The notes under the pieces were generated by a model. It ran no database searches and was not told where the DNA came from. It saw only the letters and a program-made list of their open reading frames with translations. Shown here piece after piece: positions 39,175 through 47,993 of a stretch of DNA of 64,000 nucleotides (positions within the stretch are counted from its first letter, which is position 1; each line of letters begins with the position of its first letter). The position numbers and the translations under genes are program-made. Source of the stretch: an uncultured Pseudomonadales bacterium (GTDB taxonomy: Bacteria > Patescibacteriota > Microgenomatia > UBA1400 > PJMF01); assembly GCA_964455555.1 (NCBI GenBank), contig CAYVXV010000003.1, positions 1,475-65,474 of the forward strand. Reading direction: 5' to 3'.

Positions 39175-39344
39175 CCGCCAGGTTAGCCGCATGAGCTACG
39201 CTAGTAATTGCCTTGCTAGATCCCCGCCCGCACACCGCCAGGTGTTGCGAGCGGGGATGCTCTTAAGCTTCTAACTTAACTAAGTTGGCGGTTTAAGAGC
39301 ATCTCCTTTAGCCAAATAATTCCTATCTCCTGCCCAGAGATATT

Positions 39345-40277
39345 ATGAAGAAAAACAACAAACAACCACTGGTTTCGGTGCTTATCCCCGTTTATAACGG
39401 TGCTGAGTACCTGGATGAAGCCATTGCTTCAGTCCTCAATAGTACCTACAAAAACTTTGAGATTATTCTGGTGGATGACGGCAGCACAGATATTAGCCGA
39501 AAAAAATGCGCCGAATATGCCAAAAATCACGAAAACACCCGCTTCTATGCTTTCCGCAAAAATAAAGGCATGACCCGCTGCCTTAACTATGGCGTTAAGA
39601 AGGCTAAAGGCAAGTATATCGCCCGCATTAATCAGGACGACATCATGGTTAAAGACCGCCTGGAAAAACAAGTCGCCTTCCTAGAGAAAAATACCGGCTA
39701 TGTGGTGGTTGGAGGTGCTATTCAGCTCTTTACCGATAACAACCCCAAATTTGACCGCATTCAATTCCCCCTAACCGATAAGCTGATCCGTTCACAGTGG
39801 ATGATCTTCAGCCCCTACTCTGATCCGACCGTTATGTTCAGAAAAAGCGCTTGGGACAAAACTGAAGGCTATAGCCAATACTTCTGGCCTGCAGATGATG
39901 TCCATATGTGGTATCAGCTCGGCAACATCGGCAAAATGGCCAATTTACCAGGCATCCTGACCAAAGTGCGCTGGCATGATTCCTGCGGTTCAATTAAAAG
40001 CCACCGCCTGCAGATGCAAAAAACCTGGCGGGTTCATAATTGGGCAGCTGAAATGGTTCAAAAACCCAAGTTGTATGAGCGATTGTTCTGGATCGGCGAA
40101 CTGTTGGCCGGCTACCTGTTCACGCCTCAATTTAACTGGCTGGTCTACAGAACTATGCGCAAATTCCAAGCGGCTTTGTATTTGTCCCGCACCCAGTCAA
40201 AAAAGGTGCATTCTTCGCTTAGAACCCAGTTCTTACTCTTCAAAAAACAGTTTTCGCTGCTGCTTTTAGGTGCTTAA
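39345..40277 (+). CDS. Glycosyltransferase family 2
   Basis: VSVLIPVYNGAEYL...ILVDDGSTD GT-A N-terminal signature and an acidic motif further in. Composition close to the host average. Confidence 0.8.
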   Translation: MKKNNKQPLVSVLIPVYNGAEYLDEAIASVLNSTYKNFEIILVDDGSTDISRKKCAEYAKNHENTRFYAFRKNKGMTRCLNYGVKKAKGKYIARINQDDIMVKDRLEKQVAFLEKNTGYVVVGGAIQLFTDNNPKFDRIQFPLTDKLIRSQWMIFSPYSDPTVMFRKSAWDKTEGYSQYFWPADDVHMWYQLGNIGKMANLPGILTKVRWHDSCGSIKSHRLQMQKTWRVHNWAAEMVQKPKLYERLFWIGELLAGYLFTPQFNWLVYRTMRKFQAALYLSRTQSKKVHSSLRTQFLLFKKQFSLLLLGA

Positions 40278-40507
40278 TTTCCTCGAGTGTTATTGATATT
40301 TAACCCTATATATTTTATAATATAAGATAGTTTGTAGTGTAGTTTTGCAATTGCTGCAGATACTACACTGCATGCTCTTTAACAAACTAACTGAGTAATA
40401 GATCTTCCCACTGTTTACGGGTTTCCAGGACCTCTGTCCTTTGATGGAGTTTGTGGTAACCCGTAAACCCTTGCAGCCGTATGACTGCATAAGAAAAGTG
40501 AGGAAAA

Positions 40508-41266
40508 ATGAGCAAGCCAGTAAAAAAGATTTTGTTCCTGTTGGGGTTGATGATCTTGGCCTGGCTGATCCTCGTGAGAGGAGTCCTTGGCCAAGAAACT
40601 TTCCCATGGACGGACCAATTCGTCCAAAAAGTGGTCGCGGCGGAAACGCCGCAGGACGCGGTCGGGCTTGTCCTGAGCGCATTTAACGAACCTGGTTCGT
40701 CGGGGATTAATTTCTCCGGAGGCGTCACCGTCACGGTTGACGCCGAAACCTGGCTAGTTGTAGCCACGGACTGGGGAGCTGATATCCCCGCCGAGGCAGA
40801 GCCCCTCAACATCGTTGAGGACTCTGGCTACGGGGCCTGGCTCATCGCCGGGCCCTGGGAGGGGTTTATTCCCTCCGGAGTGGGTGTGAGCTTGGCAGAG
40901 GAAGTCGAAGTGGTCCCTACCACCTTTACTGTCTATCTGCCATTCATTTCCACTCCGCCAAGCCCCTGGATGAGCGCTCCGCTCGTCCAGCAGGCTTTGG
41001 CCGCTGCCAGCCCCGCTGACAGCGTGGCCTTTGTCCTGGGGGTCTTCAACGACCCCACCCGTTCCGGCGGCATTAACTTCGCCGCCAACCCCACTCTTTC
41101 CGTTGCCGCTGGCCAGGCTTACCTGGTTGCGGTGGACTGGGGTGACGCCGATCGCATCGGCGCCATTCCCGTCAACGTGACGGAGGAAGGGGCATATGGA
41201 ACCTGGGTCATCCCGGGTCCTTGGAACGGCGCAGTTCCGGGTGGAGTGGGTGTTCCACTCCACTAG
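40508..41266 (+). CDS. Secreted protein with two tandem copies of the novel about 95-aa domain (GC-rich island gene 3)
   Basis: Signal peptide MSKPVKKILFLLGLMILAWLILVRGVLG. Repeat 1 (AAETPQDAVGLVLSAFNEP...TDWGAD...GYGAWLIAGPWEG) and repeat 2 (AAASPADSVAFVLGVFNDP...VDWGDAD...AYGTWVIPGPWNG) align with each other and with the C-terminus of the 37801 protein. Confidence 0.65.
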   Translation: MSKPVKKILFLLGLMILAWLILVRGVLGQETFPWTDQFVQKVVAAETPQDAVGLVLSAFNEPGSSGINFSGGVTVTVDAETWLVVATDWGADIPAEAEPLNIVEDSGYGAWLIAGPWEGFIPSGVGVSLAEEVEVVPTTFTVYLPFISTPPSPWMSAPLVQQALAAASPADSVAFVLGVFNDPTRSGGINFAANPTLSVAAGQAYLVAVDWGDADRIGAIPVNVTEEGAYGTWVIPGPWNGAVPGGVGVPLH

Positions 41267-41284
41267 CTCAGTTAGTTTAAACTA

Positions 41285-41317
41285 CACCCCGGCCTAAAAA
41301 CCGGGGTGTTTTCATTT
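41285..41317 (+). terminator. Rho-independent terminator
   Basis: CACCCCGG-cctaaaaa-CCGGGGTG stem-loop followed by TTTTCATTT. Confidence 0.6.
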
Positions 41318-41393
41318 ATATCCTATATTATTGATTTTTACATACTATTGTGATATAATATCTTATCTTATAGTAACTATAGATAAGATTATT

Positions 41394-41627
41394 ATGAACA
41401 ACATGACACGCTTATTTAACACCGTTGTATTCGCCAGTATTGCCATTGTTGGCATTATGCTGGGAATTCAGCGAGTTGACACTTACCTTAGAAACCATGC
41501 TATCGATGGCTGTGCTCAAACCAGCCGGTATATTCACACCGAAAGCAATGGCAACACCTCAGATGTTTTTGAGGAACCAAGCCAAGGTGTTTATCAAAAA
41601 TGCTTAGACTTGAAAAATATTGACTAA
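41394..41627 (+). CDS. Hypothetical small membrane/secreted protein, 77 aa
   Basis: ATG at 41394 (MNNMTRL...), one TM/signal helix. No motif. Confidence 0.3.
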   Translation: MNNMTRLFNTVVFASIAIVGIMLGIQRVDTYLRNHAIDGCAQTSRYIHTESNGNTSDVFEEPSQGVYQKCLDLKNID

Positions 41628-41672
41628 ATAATCCAAAAAATTCTTAAAAGCTCCAGTCCTGCTGGAGCTTTT

Positions 41673-44600
41673 TTATATCCTTCCTAGGAGGCTGCGCCTT
41701 ACTTTTCTCATTCTATTTCTTTTATAAGGACTGCGGATAATCGGTTTTCTTGACTTTGAATAAACTATTGTAGCCAACAACGAAAGCCCTGAAATAAACC
41801 AGCCAGCTATGGCCAGCCTCTCCGGCAGATAGAAAGCATAAAAAACAACAGGCTCTTCGTCAGAGATTTCTTGTCCTGAAACAATCCAGCCATTGCTCCA
41901 ACCATTCACTTTGACGTGCTGACCGGCAACTAACCCCCGACCCCAGAGGACATTTAAAATATTATCAGTCTTATAAAGCCGCCACTGAGTGTCATAAGCC
42001 TGCCCGAAGGCTAAGAGCATCTCTCCATCACTTGGCTGATCCCGTTCTACGCTAAACTGCCACAAAGAAGGCAGAATTTTCCTGATGTGAGTTATCTGGC
42101 CTGAGGCAAAATTCAGCCTGCTTTCTCCATTTTCCAAATAGGTGTTCTGCCAGTCTGAAGGCAGGGCAATTACATTATTACTGGCAAATTCCACCAACGC
42201 TTGATTGGCAACGGTGTGATGAACCTCGAAGTATTCCTTGCTGCCGGTTTGAATCGGCCCCTGAGAAATCAGCATCCGCTGCCCTCTTATTAATTGGCGG
42301 TTTTCAAGTGCATCCTGCACCATTTGGTCATAAAATCCCTCTGTCCTAAACAGCAGTGGGTCAGCTTTTTGCAGGCTTTTAAAACCAGGTAGGTTGGGAT
42401 AACCGTCTAAATAAGAAACATACTCATTGACTAACTGATATGGCTCGCTGGCAATAAATTGAGGCTGCCCGCCGGTATAAACATGATAATCTGTGGTCCA
42501 GAGATAAAATGCCTGAGAAATATAGGGCAAGCTAACGAAAATGCTTTGATAGCAGTCGCTTAAGTATGAAAGCAACCCGCCGTGTATTGAGGACTTTATC
42601 ATTCTAATAGAGCTGTCTCTGTGGTCGCCAACAGCCAAGCTGCAAACACCCCTTTCTCTCGGTTCCAAAGCATCCAAATTGGGGTTCATATAAAATGATG
42701 AAGGTGAAAACACTGGAGCAAACCTTATTGAATTGGTTTGATCAGCCAGGGTGTCAAAGGTTTCAGCAGTTTCAGAATAATATGCAGATATAGATGCCTC
42801 ATATTTTGGCTGGTATTCATGAACCATCAACTTAGTGACATCCAACTCATGCGTGCTGTTTTCTATTGTCGGTAGTATGAGGATGGTCTGTAGAACATTT
42901 CCTGAAAAGGTTTTTTCTGAAGTTACCCTGACATTCTGCAGCGGCCTATTGCCATTGAGCGAAAGCCTGCTGTTCAAACAATCTCCATCAACATCGTTCT
43001 TTATGCAAATTCCAAAAGATTGGTAATTTGGCAAACTGTTTACCACCCTCTCGATGGCTTTCTGAGTCTGAGAAGGAGTAAAGGATTGATCCAGATCAGC
43101 TTTGCCAAAACTATTCTGAGTTGCACTGACTTCGACTTCTACATACCTAGCAGCATCCGGAATTACAATTGTTTTAGCAATACAGGCTGATCCTTTTTCG
43201 GTTGTAAGGCTCAAGCGGTTTGGATTGACAGTCAGTTGAGGGTTATAACCCTCTGTAGCATCCAAAAGGCAGTTGGAGTCATCGGTAAGCCTAAAGGCAG
43301 GAGGAGTAATGGATATTAGGTCACTGCTCTTCTCAAGCAAGGCCACATTTGTAATACCCGGATTTACCAGAACCGAGCCCAGGAATTGGGGGTTGCTTAG
43401 AAATCCTGCCGGCAGCGGCAAAATTGTCTCTCCTATTTGGAGCCTGTAGGGTGACAATTGCTTATTCCCCAACATGTGCCAATTAGCCAACACCTGGTTG
43501 TAGGTAATATTTTCAGCCTCCAGATCGTCAAACTCAGCCGCGGAAATCTCCAGAGAAAATAAAAGCACCTCGTCCGACAAGGATTGGCCTATTACCGGTT
43601 TTGCCAAAGTTCCAAAAATATCCAAGCCGTCTACTCTCGGCCGGGAGTAAATGCTTACAGCAAAAGGGCTGTTTGCGCGCCGTTCTTGGCCGTAGGATAT
43701 CTTGTCAAACTCAGTTCCGGAATTTTCAAAAACTGCAGTTATTTCCTCATCTCCAAACGAGTACTTCGTTAAAGGATTGTGAAACGGATAAGTCCGGTAG
43801 GGATAAGCAGTTGTCTGAATAACAGTTCCTTGGCTGGTAAATAGTGGTTTAATAAAAGCGTTTGCAAATGTCGGATCCAAATTAATTGCGGAGTCAACAA
43901 CCTCAACTGCGTCAACGGTATTTTTTACTTCATAGAGCACCAAATTTGGATTGGCCGCAACTTGCTCATCAATCTTGGAGATATTTACTCCATATACCCG
44001 TGCATGCCTGGACAGGTTAATGGTTTCCGTTTGTATTATCTCTAAGTCTTCTTGATCAACCAGGGTATCCAGCATCTGCTTAACCTCAACCTGCTGAATA
44101 TATTCCCAAGTTCTTACATCCTTGGCAGCGATATTGCTGTCCACCGACTCATCAAAAAGTACATATTTGACACCAGCTCTCCTCAGTAGCTCGCCAAGCC
44201 ATTTTGCCCTGGAATTAATCTCAGCCTCATCGACTGCATAAGCATTCTGAAAAACGCTGTTTAGGGCAAAGTCAAAAAAGTCGTTGTCCTGGTTCGCAGG
44301 AGAAAAGGTTTTATCTAATAGCGGTTTATTAAGAATGAAATTAAAGAAGGATGAGCCGTAATATCCCCACTTGTATGACCGCCAATAACTAAACTGACCA
44401 ACAGGCAAGTGCAATACCCTTGCGTAGCTGTGGTCATTGTTGATAGTTGTGGCTACTGAATAGTATTCTTGAGGAAAACTCACTCTCAAGAGTGAAAACA
44501 GCATTGAACCTTTAAGCGGGAAATAAGCCATCCATCCCAACCAAACTATCAGCACAATTAAGCTAACAGACTTGGCTAAAAGAATTGCGCCCTTGGGAGC

Positions 44601-45911
44601 GGCTTGTAGATATCTATCCCTGAACCATTTAACGGACTGCAATAGAACATAAACTCCAGCTCCAACCATAACTGCAAAGGCTATCAGCAGCAGTGGATTT
44701 AGTTTGGTAGTACCAAAACGAAGCACTAATTTTAATGGAGGTATTTTCTCACCCAACAGATCATAGATATAGCCGAAGGGTGGATACTCTTTTCTAAGCA
44801 AAAACATGCTACCGGCAGCCAAAACAACCGGCCAGAGCGCCTCAAACTTTCTTTGCAACAATCTCCTAATCAGATAAAGAAAACCTAAGCCAACAAAGGG
44901 TAAGGGCAAAAAGAAATACCAAGCAACTTGTTTGCCTATATGAGTATATTCCAGGGACTCGTGAACTTTCACCGGCTCCCCTGTTGAAATTGAAGTAAAT
45001 GGCAGGCCAGAGGCAAACTCAGAAGAAAAAGTCAGCAGTTTATCCCAGCTAAAGCGCTCTGCGAACTGATTGAATAAATACTCATTCACCAGAGCAAAAG
45101 TAGAAGACTGCGTAATGGTTCCGGCTTTATGGTTGGTGTAATTTACAAACGGCAGCAACCAAAATAGATTAAGCATAAAAAATAGCAAAAAAATTGAGGC
45201 AAAGCGTTTGAGCCTGTGCGGATAACTAAACAACAATGTGAAAAAAAGTATAACCAGAGTAAAAAAGACTGTGGCGGTTAAATAAGACGGAGCACCTAAA
45301 AAGACAACAAGAGAAAATAAAATCAAATGCCGCCGTTCCCAATGGCGGTTGTCAAGTAGCTTAAGAAATAACAACAAAATTACAGGAAAAAAGGCAAATC
45401 TAACCAAATACATAACAATCGGTAGATAAAATACATCGACTGTGTATAGGCTAAAAGTATAGAAAAGTGCACCTGCTAGGGAGGCTGCCTGCAAGAGCTG
45501 GTTATTTTGCCTTGACGATGCCGACAGCTGCTCTAAAACCTCCTTAACCAGCAGAAAAGCAGCCGCGCCCCCGGTTACATATAGTGCCAAATAATAAACC
45601 TGGTCTACTAATCGAATCGGCAGTAGCAGATCCAAAGGCAATAAGATTATCTGCCGGAAAATATCTACAACTTCTGAATCACTAGGGACACCAAAGCCGC
45701 GGTAATCCCTCCAGGTGGCAAAGAGTGTCCGGAAAAAGTTGTCTTTCAAACTTAATGAAACACTGAAATTGTCCCAGCCCAAGATCGCTGTATCAATTTT
45801 AAGACTAATGATGCTAATGACAGACAGGAGAAACAAAAGAGTTATCAGTCCCCACCAATCAGCAACTGTTTTTTTAACCATTTGCTTAAACTGAGTAGAA
45901 TTTAATTGCAT
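41673..45911 (-). CDS. Giant polytopic membrane protein (1412 aa), possible GT-C/AftD-like glycosyltransferase
   Basis: About 12 TM helices in the first 470 aa, a roughly 900-aa hydrophilic (probably extracytoplasmic) region, and a C-terminal TM helix. Overall architecture is like the AftD/YfhO class of GT-C enzymes. The ORF track start is GTG; ATG at 45911 (MQLNSTQF) is used here. Confidence 0.6.
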   Translation of the reverse strand: MQLNSTQFKQMVKKTVADWWGLITLLFLLSVISIISLKIDTAILGWDNFSVSLSLKDNFFRTLFATWRDYRGFGVPSDSEVVDIFRQIILLPLDLLLPIRLVDQVYYLALYVTGGAAAFLLVKEVLEQLSASSRQNNQLLQAASLAGALFYTFSLYTVDVFYLPIVMYLVRFAFFPVILLLFLKLLDNRHWERRHLILFSLVVFLGAPSYLTATVFFTLVILFFTLLFSYPHRLKRFASIFLLFFMLNLFWLLPFVNYTNHKAGTITQSSTFALVNEYLFNQFAERFSWDKLLTFSSEFASGLPFTSISTGEPVKVHESLEYTHIGKQVAWYFFLPLPFVGLGFLYLIRRLLQRKFEALWPVVLAAGSMFLLRKEYPPFGYIYDLLGEKIPPLKLVLRFGTTKLNPLLLIAFAVMVGAGVYVLLQSVKWFRDRYLQAAPKGAILLAKSVSLIVLIVWLGWMAYFPLKGSMLFSLLRVSFPQEYYSVATTINNDHSYARVLHLPVGQFSYWRSYKWGYYGSSFFNFILNKPLLDKTFSPANQDNDFFDFALNSVFQNAYAVDEAEINSRAKWLGELLRRAGVKYVLFDESVDSNIAAKDVRTWEYIQQVEVKQMLDTLVDQEDLEIIQTETINLSRHARVYGVNISKIDEQVAANPNLVLYEVKNTVDAVEVVDSAINLDPTFANAFIKPLFTSQGTVIQTTAYPYRTYPFHNPLTKYSFGDEEITAVFENSGTEFDKISYGQERRANSPFAVSIYSRPRVDGLDIFGTLAKPVIGQSLSDEVLLFSLEISAAEFDDLEAENITYNQVLANWHMLGNKQLSPYRLQIGETILPLPAGFLSNPQFLGSVLVNPGITNVALLEKSSDLISITPPAFRLTDDSNCLLDATEGYNPQLTVNPNRLSLTTEKGSACIAKTIVIPDAARYVEVEVSATQNSFGKADLDQSFTPSQTQKAIERVVNSLPNYQSFGICIKNDVDGDCLNSRLSLNGNRPLQNVRVTSEKTFSGNVLQTILILPTIENSTHELDVTKLMVHEYQPKYEASISAYYSETAETFDTLADQTNSIRFAPVFSPSSFYMNPNLDALEPRERGVCSLAVGDHRDSSIRMIKSSIHGGLLSYLSDCYQSIFVSLPYISQAFYLWTTDYHVYTGGQPQFIASEPYQLVNEYVSYLDGYPNLPGFKSLQKADPLLFRTEGFYDQMVQDALENRQLIRGQRMLISQGPIQTGSKEYFEVHHTVANQALVEFASNNVIALPSDWQNTYLENGESRLNFASGQITHIRKILPSLWQFSVERDQPSDGEMLLAFGQAYDTQWRLYKTDNILNVLWGRGLVAGQHVKVNGWSNGWIVSGQEISDEEPVVFYAFYLPERLAIAGWFISGLSLLATIVYSKSRKPIIRSPYKRNRMRKVRRSLLGRI

Positions 45912-46002
45912 CGAACGCACATGCCAATTATACGTTAATTTTTCTCAAGTAAGCAAGTTAGAGGCTGATTAAATGCAAGAAAGATGAATTATCATCACGG
46001 CC

Positions 46003-47139
46003 ATGGCTCTAATCCTAGCGTTAGTGGTTTTCTTTTATGCAGCGGTTCAGCCTGCGGCAGCTTCCGTTCTCATTACTGAAGTCCATCCCAACCCAATTAG
46101 CGGACCAGAGTGGGTTGAGCTCTACAACAGTTCCTCGCAAAGTGCCTCATTAGCCGGCTGGCAGCTTAAAGACCAACTGTCTTCACCTTCTCTGGTCTTC
46201 ACATTTGCCAACGAAATCATGGCTCCCCTTGAAATTCTTGTTATTCAGCTTGCCGGAACCAAACTCAATAACACAGCTGATGGAGTGACCTTACTAGACT
46301 CTTCCGGCTCAATTCAGGACGAAATGCAGTATGAAAATACGGAATCAGGAAAAAGTTGGTCAAGAAAAAATTTAACTAGCAGCGTTTTTATTCTGACTGA
46401 TCCGAATCCAGGAATTTTTGAGCAAATATTGACAGATCCAACTCCTACGCCACCACTCAACCAGCCAACTCCCAGCCCGAGCACTGGGCTTGCCATCATT
46501 CAAGAATTTTCTCCCTGCCCCCCTACCGGCCAACAAGAGTGGGTGAAAATCTACAATCCAGGCAGCAGCAATTTAGATCTGACAGGTTGGAAAATCAAAG
46601 ACGCCCAGAATAACAGCCGCGCTCTAGCTGGCAGCTTGCCTCCTCAATCAAACAATACCTTTTCCTGGCCGGCCAGCATTTTAAATAATGCTGGGGATGA
46701 GCTGTTTCTTTACAATGCATCCGAGGCCTTAATCGACTCGGCATATTACGAGGACTGCACTGGTGGCCAGGTTTTTGTCAAAAATGGCGATGAATGGCGG
46801 CCGATGGGAGAAGCTCCCAACTCAAATCCGGCTAATCCTGATATGTTAACACTAAAAAATTCACTACTGACAACTCAGGCTGCCGATTCGCCGGAACAAA
46901 ACAAAGATCAACGCTTTCTGCCAAAAAACCTAAGCCCGTCTGATTTTAAGCTTTCTACCGGCGCCCAAGACTCAAAAACCCATAATGGCCGCGCCATCTT
47001 CCTTACCAGCGCTCCCAACAGCCTTACTTCAGAAGTTCCTGCAAGTGTTATACTAGGTGGGTTATTTGTGAGCTGCGCGGGAGCAATATTTATTTATGAA
47101 TCCGACAAGAAGTACCAGCAGGCAAAAGTTTTGGACTAG
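46003..47139 (+). CDS. Lamin-tail-domain (LTD) protein with two LTD repeats and C-terminal TM anchor
   Basis: Two copies of the LTD signature (ITEVHPNPISGPEWVELYN...LAGWQLKD and IIQEFSPCPPTGQQEWVKIYN...LTGWKIKD). N-terminal signal; C-terminal hydrophobic helix. Confidence 0.7.
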   Translation: MALILALVVFFYAAVQPAAASVLITEVHPNPISGPEWVELYNSSSQSASLAGWQLKDQLSSPSLVFTFANEIMAPLEILVIQLAGTKLNNTADGVTLLDSSGSIQDEMQYENTESGKSWSRKNLTSSVFILTDPNPGIFEQILTDPTPTPPLNQPTPSPSTGLAIIQEFSPCPPTGQQEWVKIYNPGSSNLDLTGWKIKDAQNNSRALAGSLPPQSNNTFSWPASILNNAGDELFLYNASEALIDSAYYEDCTGGQVFVKNGDEWRPMGEAPNSNPANPDMLTLKNSLLTTQAADSPEQNKDQRFLPKNLSPSDFKLSTGAQDSKTHNGRAIFLTSAPNSLTSEVPASVILGGLFVSCAGAIFIYESDKKYQQAKVLD

Positions 47140-47485
47140 TTATCTACTGCCAGTTCTTTGGGCAGCCTTTATTTTCATCCTCTCAAACCAAACCAGCCTT
47201 CCCGGTTTTGAACTTTCAGCTGCTGACTTCGTTTTGAAAAAATCCGCTCATATGTTTGTGTACGGGGTACTCTTCATTTTAGTTCACCGTGCTTTAAACA
47301 CTGCCGGTTTCGGCAGAAAAGGTATGCCTGTTTGGGCCATGGCTTTTGCCATTACAATAATTTATGCCGTTAGCGATGAATTGCACCAAACTTTTGTTGC
47401 CGGCAGATACGGTTCTGCCAAGGATGTTGGGTATGATGCTCTAGGTGCATATGTAGCTATATTACTTAAGTATAAGTACATTTAG
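47096..47485 (+). CDS. VanZ-like family membrane protein
   Basis: KKSAHMFVYGVL...DELHQTFVAGRYGSAKDV matches the conserved VanZ-like core. Overlaps the end of the LTD gene by 44 nt. Confidence 0.55.
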   Translation: MNPTRSTSRQKFWTSYLLPVLWAAFIFILSNQTSLPGFELSAADFVLKKSAHMFVYGVLFILVHRALNTAGFGRKGMPVWAMAFAITIIYAVSDELHQTFVAGRYGSAKDVGYDALGAYVAILLKYKYI

Positions 47486-47609
47486 ATGAGTGTGATGCTC
47501 GTCACAGTTTAAAAAGGGCTTTACATCGCTGATAAACTGGTTATAATTCAAGTTCAGTCCATTAAGACCTACTTAATAGGCAGATACAAAGAAAAATTAG
47601 AAAGTTCGC

Positions 47610-47885
47610 ATGACAAAGTCTCAGCTCATTGCTGTAGTCGCAAAAAAAGCTCACCTGACTAAAAGAGCCTCTTCAGATGCTGTTGAAGCAATGTTTGATG
47701 AATTAATCCGCTCTCTGAAGAAGGGTGAGAAAGTAGTAATTTCTGGCTTCGGCACCTTCTATGTGAGCCAAGTGGATGATAAAGAAGTAGTCCCCTTCGG
47801 AGATGAAACAAAAAGACAAACCATAAAAGGACACCGTGTAGTAAACTTCCGGGTCGGCAAACCGCTTAAAAAAGCTGTCTGGTAA
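47610..47885 (+). CDS. hup: DNA-binding protein HU
   Basis: 90-aa HU/IHF fold: MTKSQLIAVVA..., GFGTFYVSQ, arm RQTIKGHRVVNFRVGKPLK. Confidence 0.9.
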   Translation: MTKSQLIAVVAKKAHLTKRASSDAVEAMFDELIRSLKKGEKVVISGFGTFYVSQVDDKEVVPFGDETKRQTIKGHRVVNFRVGKPLKKAVW

Positions 47886-47906
47886 AATCAGATTATTTTG
47901 AAGCTA

Positions 47907-47936
47907 AACCCCCCGAACAAACGGGGGGTTTTTGTT
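47907..47936 (+). terminator. Rho-independent terminator after hup
   Basis: AACCCCCCG-aacaaa-CGGGGGGTT stem-loop followed by TTTTGTTT. Confidence 0.6.
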
Positions 47937-47993
47937 TAACCCTATTTTTTAACTCAAGCAATGCTTAAATAATTAGACTACAATAAATAACTC

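Noticed and set aside
40441-40686. 81-aa plus-strand ORF (MMEFVVTRKPLQ...) overlapping the inverted-repeat region and the start of the 40508 secreted-protein gene
   Set aside because: It is out of frame with, and overlaps, the better-supported signal-peptide gene. It begins inside the IR structure. Arg/Gly/Pro-rich translation typical of a GC-rich off-frame.
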